A stretch of 64,000 nucleotides of DNA from an uncultured Spirochaetota bacterium (GTDB lineage: Bacteria > Spirochaetota > Spirochaetia > SZUA-6 > CAVTHK01): the NCBI GenBank assembly GCA_963734495.1, contig CAVTHK010000009.1:1-64000 (forward strand), in the 5' to 3' direction. The notes under the pieces were generated by a model. It made no database searches, was not told the origin of the DNA, and saw only the letters and a program-made list of their open reading frames with translations. The translations under genes were made by a program, and so were the position numbers. Numbering within the stretch: position 1 is the stretch's first letter; each line of letters starts with the position of its first letter. This document shows, piece by piece, positions 54,552-64,000 of this stretch.

Positions 54552-54601
54552 ACCCGTGGGCTACAGGCGCCTTGGCCGGGCGCAGCCGGTAGCCCACGGG
54601 T
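54552..54601. repeat. REP-like hairpin between SBP and permease
   Basis: 13-bp inverted repeat ACCCGTGGGCTAC / GTAGCCCACGGGT. Confidence 0.6.
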
Positions 54602-54683
54602 TGCCCGGGGATGCACGTACGCATGGTGCCGGCCCGGCCGCCCCGCGCGGCCGGACCTGCGTTGCGCACGCGGTGAGGTGAGG

Positions 54684-55575
54684 ATGACCCAGTCAAAAAG
54701 CTACGGCAGGCCGCTGCTCTGGATGCTGCCCATGATCCTGATGCTCGCGGCGTTCTACCTGTATCCGCTCGCCGACGTGATCCGGCTGAGCTTCACGAAC
54801 ACGTCCACGCTGGAGCCCGAGTTCAAGTACACGCTCGGCTCCTACATCAAGACCTTCCAGGACCCGGACTTCTACCAGAGCGTCTACGTGTCCGTGGTGT
54901 TCGTCTTCTACCAATCTCGTGTTTCAGACCTGTCCTCGGGCTGCTGATCGCGACGCTGCTCAACTCCGCGATTCACCGGCGGCTCTTCGGCACGGTCCTG
55001 ACGCGCACCGTGGTTCTGGGCGCGTGGATGGTGCCGGGCGTGCTCGTCGGGATCGTGTGGAGGATGCTCCTCTCGACTTCGTCCTACGGGATCGTCAACT
55101 ACCTGCTGGAGGCGATTCGGTTTCGCGCGGGTGCAGTTCCTTGTCCAGCCCGGATCGGCCCTGCTGTCCATCATCGTCGCCAACATCTGGAGGGGGACCG
55201 CCTTCACCATGATCCTCCAGTACGCTGGACTCCAGCGCATTCCAGACGAGCTCTACGAGGCGGCGGACGTGGACGGCGCGAGCGGGCCGCAGAAGTTCTT
55301 CCGCATCACGATCCCGCAGCTGCGGCCGATCATCTTCATCAACCTCGTCCTGATCACGATCTACACCTTCAACACCTTCGACATGGTGATCGCGCTCACC
55401 GGGCGGCGGGCCCGCGCGGACGACCCAGGTGCTCACGCTGAGCGCCTACGTGCAGGTGTTCAGCTTTTTCAGCCTCGGCCGTGGCTCGGCGATCGCGGTG
55501 ATCCTGCTGCTGATCAACCTCACGATGGCGATGCTCTACTACCGGCTGATCCTTGCCGGACAGGAAAGACAGTGA
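54684..55575 (+). CDS. Sugar ABC permease (frameshifted)
   Basis: EAA loop LQRIPDELYEAADVDGA..ITIPQLRP. Confidence 0.9.
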
Positions 55576-55589
55576 GAGGGAGGTGCGCG

Positions 55590-56461
55590 ATGCCTTCGGT
55601 GACCTACAAGAAGAAGACGTCTCGGGATCAACTGGACCAACCTGCTGATCTACCTGCTCTTCGTGCTGATCATCTTCGTGTGCATCGGGGCCGCTCCTGT
55701 GGATGCTGTCGCTCTCGCTCAAGACCAAGGAGCAGGTCTTCTGCGTATCCCGCCGAGGCTGATCCCGCACCCCGTGGCGTTCTGGAACTATCTCGAGGTG
55801 CTGACCAGGAGCCGCATCCCGCTCTATCTCTGGAACTCGGTCAAGATCACCTTCTTCTCCGTGGTCGGGAACCTGGTGGTCGTCATCCCGGCGGTGTTCG
55901 CCTTTTCGCGGTTCCGCTTCCGCTTCCGGGAGCAGTCGCTCTTCGGGATCCTCATGTTCCAGATGATCTCGCAGCTCATCGTCGCGATCCCGCTCTACCG
56001 CTACTTCGTCAGGCTGGGGATGCTGAACTCCCACTTCGGCCTCATCATCGTCTACATCACGGTGCAGATCCCGTTCAGCGTCTGGCTGCTCAAGGGCTTC
56101 TTCGATTCCATCCCGATGGAGATCGACGAATCGGCGGTCATCGACGGGTGCCGGGCCGCGCCAGGTGCTGTTCTACGTGATCCTGCCGCTCGCCATGCCG
56201 GGCATCGCCGCTGCTCTCGTGTTCAACACGGTCAACGCGTGGGGCCAGTTCATCGTGCCCTACATATTCCTGAACCACAACGCGACGCTGCCGATCTCGG
56301 TCGGGATCCTCCAGTACCTGCAGGGCCAGACGGAGGGAGAGGTCACGGTTCACCTGCTGGCCGTCGCGAGCGTGCTCGGCCTTCTGCCGGCCATACTGAT
56401 CATCACCATCCTGCAAAAGTTCATCGTGCAGGTGCTCGTCGCGGGCGCGGTCAAGGGATAG
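55590..56461 (+). CDS. Sugar ABC permease (frameshifted)
   Basis: FFDSIPMEIDESAVIDG..ILPLAMPGI, AGAVKG terminus. Confidence 0.9.
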
Positions 56462-56499
56462 CTCGTCCGCGCGCGCGCCGCACATCTTCGGAGGTCTCG

Positions 56500-58864
56500 A
56501 TGCACTCACTGGACGAAGCCACGCTCGAGGCGAGCGGCGACGGCGCGATCAGGTACGCGACGGCGGCCGGCGCTGTCGAGGTCACCGTCTGCGAGCCGCG
56601 CATCGTGCGCGTGAGCCTGGACCTCGGGGCCGGGGCGAGCTACTTGGCGCAGCGGCAGTGGACTGCCTCCCGCCACGAGCTGCGCGCGGGCGACCCGGCG
56701 ACGCTTTCCACGGCGCACCTCGCCGTCTCGATCCGCTCGAAGCCCTTCCGCCTGAGCTTCGCCGGCCCCGCCGGCGAGGCCTGGCTGACCGATGCCGCGA
56801 TCATCGCGCCGGACGCGCACGCCGGCGCGGGAGACGGCCGACTGCAGCTGCGCTTCGGGCTGCCGATGGGCCAGCACCTCTACGGCCTCGGCCACGGCGG
56901 GCAGCAGCTCGACCGGCTCGGCGGGGTCCGCCAGCTCTGGAACTCGCACGTGGGCCGCGGGCCCGGCTCGGACATCAGCATCCCGCTCGTGGTCTCGAGC
57001 CGCGGCTGGGCGCTGTTCTTCGACAACAGCGCCGACGCCCGCGTGACGATGGGGCGGTCCGACGGCGGACTTCAACTTGTCTATGACGCCGAAGGCGGAA
57101 GCCCCGCCTTCTACTTTCTCGCGGCCGCGAGCCCGCGTGACGTGATGGATGCGGTGGCGGAGCTGCTGGGCCGGCCGACGATGCCTCCGCGCTGGTACCT
57201 CGGGTACCTGCAGTCGACGCGCCACTTCGAGAGCACCGAGGAGGTGCGGGCGCTTCCGCGCGAGCTGCGCAAGCGGCGCATCCCGTGCGACGCGCTGATC
57301 TTTCTCTCGACCTACGGCGAAGCGCTCGGCTGGAACCGCATGGTCGGCCACCTCGAGTTCGAGCCGACGCTCTGGAACGATCCGAAGGCGATGATCGCGG
57401 AGATGAAGGCGCAGCATTTCGAAGTCATGACGCACGAGTACCCGGTGCTTCATCCCGACTCGCCCGCGTTTGGCGACGCGAAGGCGAAGGGGTACCTCCT
57501 CGACGCCGGCTACGCCACCGGCGCGCCGTTAGGCGCCGTTCAGCGTCCGCCCGCTTCGTACCAGGAGGGGCAGCGCTACGTCGACTTCTCCAGGCGCCGA
57601 GGCGCGCAGGTGGTGGTGGGAGCTGCACCGACCGCTGCGCGAGCTCGGCGTCGAGAGCTGGTGGCTCGATGGCGGCGAAGGGCCGCCGGCCTCCGCCCAC
57701 CTCGCCGGCGGCCCGGGCAGCCTGCTGCACAACGTGTACGACCTCTTCCGCCAGCAGGCGTTCGCCGAGGGCGAAGCCGCCGACCGCCCCGACGTGCGGC
57801 CCGTGCTGCTGTGCCGCTCGGGGGCCGCGGGCATGCAGCGCCACGGCGGCACCTGCTGGTCCGGCGACGTGGACAACACGTTCGCGACATTCGCCGCACA
57901 GGTCCCGCTCGGCCTGAATACCGGCGTCTCCGGCGTCCCTTACTGGGGCACCGACATCGGCGGCTTCTTCCATCCGGTCCCCGAGACCGGCGAGCTGTTC
58001 GCGCGCTGGTTCCAGTTCGGCGCCTTCTGCCCGATCTTCCGCGCGCACGGCCGCGTCTGGCGCGAGCACACGCCCTGGGCGCACGGCGCCGAGATCGAGG
58101 AGATCTGCCGCAAGTTCGCGGAGCTGCGGTACAGGCTCCTCCCTTACACCTACACGCTGGCCTGGCAGGCGGCGACGCTCGGGCTGCCGCTGATGCGCCC
58201 GCTGTGGCTCAACTACCCCGACGACCCTAACGTATGGGACATGGGCCACGAGTACCTCTGGGGCGACGATCTTCTCGTGGCGCCCGTGACGCGCGAAGGG
58301 GCGCGGCGCTGGCCGGTCTACCTGCCGGCCGGCACCTGGTACGACTTCTGGACCCAGACTCAATATGAAGGCGGCCGCGGTGTGGAAGTGGCCGCGCCGC
58401 TCGACCGCATGCCGCTCTTCGTGCGCGAGGGCGCGATCATCCCGATGGGGCCGGTCGTGCAGCACACGGGCCAGGCCCCGCTCGAGGACGTGATGCTGCT
58501 CGTCTATCCGGGTGAGCGGCCGGCCGGTGCGTCGCGCTTCGAGCTCTACGAAGACGACGGCCGCACCAACGCCTGGCGCAGGGGCGCGCACGCCCTCACG
58601 GAGCTGCGCTGCAGCGGCGACGGCGGCGGCACGGTCATCGAGATCGGCGAGCCGCGGGGAGACGCGAGTGTCATCCCCTCGCGGCGCGCGTACGAGCTGC
58701 AGGTGCGCCTGGCGAAGGTCTCCCGCGTGGAGGTCGAGACACGGGGCGAGAGGCGTGAGGTGCCGCGGGCCCCCCGGCCGCGCGCGAGCGGCTGGTGGAC
58801 GGCCCGCGGGTTCGTGTTCGTGCGGCTGCCGGAGCGGGCCGCGAAAGTGACGCTGCTGTCATGA
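56500..58864 (+). CDS. Second GH31 glycosidase (frameshift at about 57600)
   Basis: LYGLG, WWLDGGEG, WSGDV, GTDIGGF, RWFQFGAFCP, YEDDG. Confidence 0.88.
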
Positions 58865-59871
58865 GCCCGCCCCGCCTTCTCTTTCTGCCGCCTGACACGC
58901 CGCAGACCGCGCGCGTCTTTACCCCGGCCGTGATGCAGGCCCTCGCGTCGCTCGCGTCTCTCGACCGGAACTCGCTCTCGCGCCAGCTCACCGCCGACGA
59001 GTTGCGTGAGCGCATTGCCGCGGCGGATCTCTGCGTGACCGGCTCGGGCTCGCCCCGCATCGGCGAGGAGGTCGTCGCGGCCGCGCCGCGGCTGCGGCTC
59101 ATCCTTCACTCCGTGGCCACCGTCAAGCCGTATGTGTCGCAGGCGGCGTACGACCGCGGCATCGTCGTGACGAGCGGGAGCTCCGCGATCGCGCGTGTGA
59201 CCGCCGAAGCCGCGCTCGCGCTTATGATGATCGGCAACTGGGAAGCGAAGAAGTGGTCGACGGTGATGGCTTCGGGCGGCTGGAAGACCGGCGACGAGAT
59301 GCTGCCGGGGCTTCGGGGCCGCGTGATTGGCATCATCGGCTTCGGCGCGATCGCGCAGGCGCTGCTGCCGATGCTGCGGCCGCTCGCCCCTGCCCGCATC
59401 CTGGTGCATTCGGCGCACCTCGATGCTTCCGGCGCCGCAGCCGCGGGCGTGGAGCGAGTGCCGCTGGAGGAGCTGCTTTCCCGCAGCGACGTCGTCTCGC
59501 TGCAGACCGGCCTCTCGGAGAAGACACGCCACCTGCTCAACGGGCGCAACCTCCCGCTGATCCGCGACGGGGCGCTGCTCGTGAGCATCGGCCGCGGCGA
59601 GCTCATCGACGAGCGGGCGCTCGAAGCGGAGCTCGCGACCGGCCGCTTCCGCGCGGTGCTCGACGTCTACGCTCGCGAGCCGCTCGACGCGGAGAGCCCT
59701 CTGCGGCGGATGCCGAACGTCACCTGCTTCCCGCACCTCGGCGGCGCCACGGAGAACGGACGCGAAGCCCTCGGTTGGGACCTCGTCGAGAACTTGCGCG
59801 AGTATCTCGCGGGCAAGACTCCGCACGGAGTCGTGAGCCGCGAGCGCGCGCTCGCCCAGAGCGAGTACTGA
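58861..59871 (+). CDS. D-isomer 2-hydroxyacid dehydrogenase
   Basis: GIIGFGAIA, GRGELIDE, LDVYAREP, PHLGG. Confidence 0.9.
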   Translation: MSPPRLLFLPPDTPQTARVFTPAVMQALASLASLDRNSLSRQLTADELRERIAAADLCVTGSGSPRIGEEVVAAAPRLRLILHSVATVKPYVSQAAYDRGIVVTSGSSAIARVTAEAALALMMIGNWEAKKWSTVMASGGWKTGDEMLPGLRGRVIGIIGFGAIAQALLPMLRPLAPARILVHSAHLDASGAAAAGVERVPLEELLSRSDVVSLQTGLSEKTRHLLNGRNLPLIRDGALLVSIGRGELIDERALEAELATGRFRAVLDVYAREPLDAESPLRRMPNVTCFPHLGGATENGREALGWDLVENLREYLAGKTPHGVVSRERALAQSEY

Positions 59872-60077
59872 GGGGGCCCGTCCTGCGTCCACGACCTGAC
59901 GAACAGGCTGGGCTGGGCCGCCGAGAAGCTTCCACGTTCAAGGTCCTGCTGTAGCCTCGCCGAACACGTTGTTCGGCCGCCGGGACGTCGGCCCCAACGA
60001 CCTGTGGGGCGCCGTTCGTTCGCAAGGCGGCAGGCTCAGAGACCTCGGACGCACCGTACGTGGTCCCGGGACCGCTT

Positions 60078-60632
60078 CTATCGCTTGACGCATTTCCGCC
60101 AGAAGCGTTTGTCGGCATACGCCTGCAACGGTCGACCGTTCCAGATCTGGGCCTCGACGTAATGGTTGTTGATATCGTAGACACGATACGTGCTGACGAG
60201 CTGAGCGAGCTCCTCGATTGCATATACGGTCGGCCGCTCGGTCCTGGAAAGATAGAGCCTGTGGAGATCGTCCAAAGGGACCTCGTAGAGGCTGTCGGGG
60301 TAGGTAAAGGAAATGTCATCTCGAGAGAACTCGCGCAGAGGAATGTTGATTTTGTACGAGTATTCATTCTCCAGATCGTGAGGGCCAACCGGTGACTCAC
60401 CCAGGATCGCGTAGATCGGATACTCTCGTACCGGGTGCCCGCGTTTGCGAATGAAAAGCTCCCGAAGATGGTGTTCATGGTTCTTGCGGTGATCGAGGTA
60501 GGTTCCATCCCCGCGCCATAGAACGTCATTCTTCAGGATGTCCTGCGCAACTTCATGATCCAGGTCAGTGATCACCTCGAACGGCCTCTGCCCGTCCCTG
60601 AAGTAGTAGGTCAGGTGGTCAGGCTCAGTCAC
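60078..60632 (-). CDS. Conserved hypothetical protein (lower GC, cassette-like)
   Basis: Clean 184-aa ORF with YPIYAILG, SFTYPDS and YVEAQIW motifs. Confidence 0.7.
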   Translation of the reverse strand: MTEPDHLTYYFRDGQRPFEVITDLDHEVAQDILKNDVLWRGDGTYLDHRKNHEHHLRELFIRKRGHPVREYPIYAILGESPVGPHDLENEYSYKINIPLREFSRDDISFTYPDSLYEVPLDDLHRLYLSRTERPTVYAIEELAQLVSTYRVYDINNHYVEAQIWNGRPLQAYADKRFWRKCVKR

Positions 60633-61184
60633 AGGAGCGCCTCACGCTGCGGGCACGCAACCCGATAGTGTCTGCCCTGAGAGACCGAAGCCCCCCGGAG
60701 TTGCCGTAACGCATATCATCCGCCGTGAGGGGCGCGACAATACGACAGAAGCGGGCGCGGGCATATGAACAGCGTAATCCATGCCCCCATTGGATGTCGA
60801 CAGCGAGAAGATCATCGCCGCGGAGCTGGTCGGATCAGAAAGAAACGCCGCACGAGGCCTGCCGCCGCCCCTGACCAAGGTGGGAGTCAGCGCTGTAGTG
60901 GCCGTTCCAGTCGTATCTGATGTCCGAACAACCCTTGGGGGTCCCTCACGGACTCGAGCCGGCCCTGTCTATCGGGACGCATCGCTAGGCTGTCATCTCA
61001 AGTGACGCCCAATTCGAGGAAACGCGCACTTCCGACCCTCGCCCGCTGCCATCCGCAATCCCTTTGCGGGCGAGCGCTTGCCTCAGCCCCATAGAGCCGT
61101 TCGGCCTTCGCTGGGACAGCTCGGCACGAAGTTGCATCGTGCCCGGCGCTACCAGTCGCGATCACGGCTGAATGCCGAGGCACC

Positions 61185-61589
61185 CTATTGCTTGCTCTTG
61201 GGTACCCGAGTCTTCCTGGCCTTCGCGGGCTTCGGCGGCAGTGATGACGCGTAGGCCAGGCTTTTCGAAATCCATCGCTCGAGCTGAGCCCGGGATTCCA
61301 GTAGCAGGTCGGGAACGACAACGTACTCCCGCATTGGCCTGCCGGGCATGGGCTCAAACAGTTTGGCGCCGTACTGATTCATGAATGCCGGACGGTCGGA
61401 ATCTGACAACCGCAGCATCATGGTGCTTTGGAACAGGCCGCAGAACATCTGGTCGGCAACGAAAGCCACCGGATATCCAAACATCTTTCGTATCTCGGCG
61501 CCAGGAATCTGCGCCAACATCTTGTCGAACAGCGCCACCAACTGTTCCGGCGCCTTGGTCCATTTCGGCATCTCGCGCTTTGCCGCCAT
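61185..61589 (-). CDS. TfoX/Sxy N-terminal domain protein
   Basis: RKMFGYP..MFCGLF..FEPMPGRPMREYV..LPPK. Confidence 0.85.
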   Translation of the reverse strand: MAAKREMPKWTKAPEQLVALFDKMLAQIPGAEIRKMFGYPVAFVADQMFCGLFQSTMMLRLSDSDRPAFMNQYGAKLFEPMPGRPMREYVVVPDLLLESRAQLERWISKSLAYASSLPPKPAKARKTRVPKSKQ

Positions 61590-61650
61590 TCGCCCATGCC
61601 TCCCTGCTCCCGACCCGCCGCAGACATGCAGCACGGCCGTTGTCAGACGG

Positions 61651-62313
61651 TCATTTGGTGGGGAACACCTTCCAGACGCCCTCGCTCACAACGTCTACTT
61701 TGTCATCAGCAATCCGCAGGGCCGATTGATCATCCAACGCGTAGACACTTTCCGTCATGCCTCTCGAGGCTTCCTCGACCATGGTTTCCTTGAGGTTGGG
61801 GAAGTGAGGGTTGTTGAGATGGGGCAGAAGGTAGAAGTCGATATAGCCCAGCCCGTTGATGTCTGCCGTTCTGTCCAGGTCATCCTGGTACAAGAGATGA
61901 GAGAGCCTGAGGCCAAGCTTCTTGCCGACCACCATGCTCCCGGCGCTCATTCCGACGTATACCCTGTCTCGCAGCAGATTGGGCAGTCTTGTCGTGAGGC
62001 CCGACTTACCCGTCCACTCCAGAAGATGGAAGCGGTTGCCGCCTCCGAAGTACAAGACATCGGCCGGCTCCATTCTCGCGAGCCACTCGTTCCTATGGAG
62101 CGCTGAGATGTCAGCTATGTCGATCGACTTGAAGCCCAGTCTCTTGAGACGCATTAAATCGTCGATCAACCAGCCTTTGTCGCCCTGCTGTGCATTTGAC
62201 GCAGTGGGAACAAACACTAACGACGTGGCTTCAGGCTTCTTGCCCACAAGATCAAAGAGCGCATGGGCGATGGACGTGTTCGTTACGCCGCCAGACGTCA
62301 GCAGAAATTTCAC
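61651..62313 (-). CDS. Peptidase E (S51) family protein
   Basis: LLTSGG, FVPTAS, GGGN, GMSAGS, PHLN. Confidence 0.88.
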   Translation of the reverse strand: MKFLLTSGGVTNTSIAHALFDLVGKKPEATSLVFVPTASNAQQGDKGWLIDDLMRLKRLGFKSIDIADISALHRNEWLARMEPADVLYFGGGNRFHLLEWTGKSGLTTRLPNLLRDRVYVGMSAGSMVVGKKLGLRLSHLLYQDDLDRTADINGLGYIDFYLLPHLNNPHFPNLKETMVEEASRGMTESVYALDDQSALRIADDKVDVVSEGVWKVFPTK

Positions 62314-62377
62314 GTCTCAATCTAGCTACTGGAAGGCGCCGCGGTCAACGAGAAAGGAGGGGGCGACGTTCCGGGCC

Positions 62378-62488
62378 GCTCGACATAGAGTTGATGCTGG
62401 CACCGCCGAGTAGCTGCCTGGCCCACAGTCTATACCAGCCTCCCCCGTGCCAGTCGGCCCTTGAGTCTACTGCATCGACTTGTCAGCC
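62378..62488 (-). repeat. attC7, same family as attC1-5, minus strand
   Basis: GGCTGAC-AAGTCGATGCAGTAG...CCGACTGGCAC..CTGGTATAGACTGTGG...CAACTCTAT-GTCGAGC. Confidence 0.8.
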
Positions 62489-62773
62489 AGACTCCGCATC
62501 ACTGGGTGATGCAGGCGCGATGCCAACCTGCGCATCTCCTCCCGCGACCGATCGTCGGTTCGCCAGCCGTTCGGCGACCCACACCTTGATGATGGACTGC
62601 CGAGGGACGCCGAGGCGACGCGCCTCCTTGTCCAGCGACTTGATCATCCAGTCGGGGAAGTCGACGTTTACCCGTTTGATCACTTGTCCCGGCCTTCGGG
62701 CACCAGAGAACCGGAGATACTTGGTAACGTCCTCGCCGGCTTCGAAGCGCTTGTCGAACTCACGGGCCTTCAT
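62483..62773 (-). CDS. brnA: BrnA-like (CopG) antitoxin
   Basis: EFDKRFEAGEDV..KRVNVDFPDWMIKSLDKEARRLGVPRQSIIKVW. Confidence 0.85.
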   Translation of the reverse strand: MKAREFDKRFEAGEDVTKYLRFSGARRPGQVIKRVNVDFPDWMIKSLDKEARRLGVPRQSIIKVWVAERLANRRSVAGGDAQVGIAPASPSDAESG

Positions 62774-63023
62774 AGAGCTCTACCTCCTCCTTCCGCGAGC
62801 GGCGGACGGAGATGATCCGAACGGTACCCCTGCGATAGGTGACAACGGCGGTCCAGTGCCTGTTTCCGATACGTCCGATAGCCAGCAACCTCGGTTCATC
62901 GGTTGTACGGGCAGGGATCTCGAGCACATCCGGGTCATCCCAGAGGGCCCTGGCAGCCTGAAAGTCGATGCCGTGCTTGGCCTTGTTGGAGCGGCTCTTC
63001 TCCGGATCGAACTCGAACTCCAC
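62760..63023 (-). CDS. brnT: BrnT toxin
   Basis: FEFDPEKS..NKAKHGIDF, EPR, RIISVRRSR..E. Confidence 0.92.
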   Translation of the reverse strand: MEFEFDPEKSRSNKAKHGIDFQAARALWDDPDVLEIPARTTDEPRLLAIGRIGNRHWTAVVTYRRGTVRIISVRRSRKEEVELYEGP

Positions 63024-63060
63024 GGTATAGAATCTATACCAGACTGCCTTCCGCAGTCAA
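63024..63060 (-). promoter_or_regulatory. Leaderless brnT promoter with palindromic operator
   Basis: TTGACT-18-TAGATT, 7 nt before the GTG; GGTATAGA-A-TCTATACC palindrome. Confidence 0.65.
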
Positions 63061-63371
63061 GCCTTGCGAGACCGACCCTGCCTGCAGTAGCGGGCGCTCG
63101 AGAATGATCTCGAGGAGTGGCGGGTCGGAAACGACCCCGTGCGAAAGCATCGGGAGTTTCCTCTGGCCGCCTATGTCGCCCCGACAAGCCCAAGTCGCCT
63201 TCAACCACCATCGAGGCTGGCCAAGATATCAGGTCGCGGGCGGACGTCGAACCTCCGTCCGCCGCCGGAAAAGCACTGCGGGCAGGCGCATGGGTGGCCG
63301 GCAAGCCCGGGGCGCTCAGGTGGAGCGACCGCGGAAGCGCCTCGTGTCCGCACCGCAAGAGCCGACTCAGG

Positions 63372-64000
63372 TCACGACTTCCACGCGACAGCTTCGCCCC
63401 AGGCTTCAGCAGCGAATATGTTCTGGTCATCGCCCCAGTCGTCGAAAGCGCGTTGCATCTTCTCCAGAGCTCCGGCGTCTGCCATGTTGTGCTCCAGCAC
63501 CGGGCGCACGAATTCCTCGCTGGCGAAATACGCCTTCATCAGGCGACCGACCCTGCGAGCGGTTTCGGGAGTCGAAGTCCAGCAATCGTACGACGCCGAA
63601 GATATCGTTCGCGCGAAGCCCGCCTTGCGCAGATATGAAACTTGATTGCGCCCGAAGTATGGGTCGCCCCCATTCCGTTTCATCAGGCGGACGAAGACGG
63701 AGAATGCCTTCTTCGCATATGGGTTCTTTGCGGTCAACAGGAATCCGCCCCAGTCCCCGTGGCGGGCGCCAAGCACCCCGTTGCTCTTCATGACACGGCG
63801 CATCTCCGCGAAGGCGTGCACCGGGTCTCGGAAGTACTCGATCACTCCGTGGGCGAAGACGGCATCAAAAGTGTCGTCGTCGAATGGCAATTGATTGAGG
63901 TCGCCGACCCGGAACTCCACGTTGCGAACGTTCCGCGCGAGTTGAAGCATCCTGGCCCTTTCGAGATGGCCAGCGTCGATATCAATGCCAAAGGCCTGTC
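63372..64000 (-). CDS. Class I SAM-dependent methyltransferase (5' partial)
   Basis: GIDID..ARNVRNVEFRVGD..LPFDDDTFDAV..EMRRVMK..G. Confidence 0.85.
   Translation of the reverse strand, partial: QAFGIDIDAGHLERARMLQLARNVRNVEFRVGDLNQLPFDDDTFDAVFAHGVIEYFRDPVHAFAEMRRVMKSNGVLGARHGDWGGFLLTAKNPYAKKAFSVFVRLMKRNGGDPYFGRNQVSYLRKAGFARTISSASYDCWTSTPETARRVGRLMKAYFASEEFVRPVLEHNMADAGALEKMQRAFDDWGDDQNIFAAEAWGEAVAWKS

Noticed and set aside
55663-58230. Permease-GH31 fusion ORF
   Set aside because: Indel artefact; the permease ends AGAVKG at 56461 and the GH31 has its own GGAGG RBS and ATG at 56500.
1-59871. Many frameshifts suggesting widespread pseudogenes or programmed frameshifting
   Set aside because: Single-base indels are scattered through unrelated genes whose motifs are otherwise intact, often in GC runs; this fits uncorrected long-read errors better.
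43589-63210. TTGAAGGCGAC seen at about 43589, 47431 and 63196 (minus strand)
   Set aside because: Only 11 nt, dispersed, with no shared flanks or array structure; cannot be distinguished from chance.

Overview
The window has two parts joined abruptly at about 21,545, and it carries many single-base indels that look like long-read errors. Left part (1-21.5 kb): very GC-rich chromosomal DNA with an Acidobacteriota-like gene content (inference). It holds ftsE/udk/ftsX, a class II phosphodiesterase-like gene, and a complete group II intron inserted directly after the ATG of an HprK-like kinase gene. Next come a PqqD/RRE protein fused to a Cys-rich tail, an MglA-GYF2-REC-DUF4388 fusion and a c-di-GMP gene cluster. 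Right part (21.5-64 kb): Spirochaetota-like (inference). It begins with an integrase-less integron cassette array made mostly of toxin-antitoxin cassettes. The attC sites each contain a conserved sigma70-like promoter motif. One attC is interrupted by an IS1111/IS110 element whose non-coding end contains bridge-RNA-like guides matching the attC, and another carries a 4-bp scar of that element. After the array comes a translationally coupled operon (TPR protein, beta-barrel-like protein, two lipoproteins, a ~3,300-aa SpvB/FG-GAP/RHS toxin and its immunity gene). Further right are a Phd-VapC pair, radC, a stand-alone MshEN protein, a LacI-controlled GH127/GH31/ABC sugar locus and a second, decaying cassette array on the minus strand. 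No intI, tRNA, rRNA or CRISPR array was seen.
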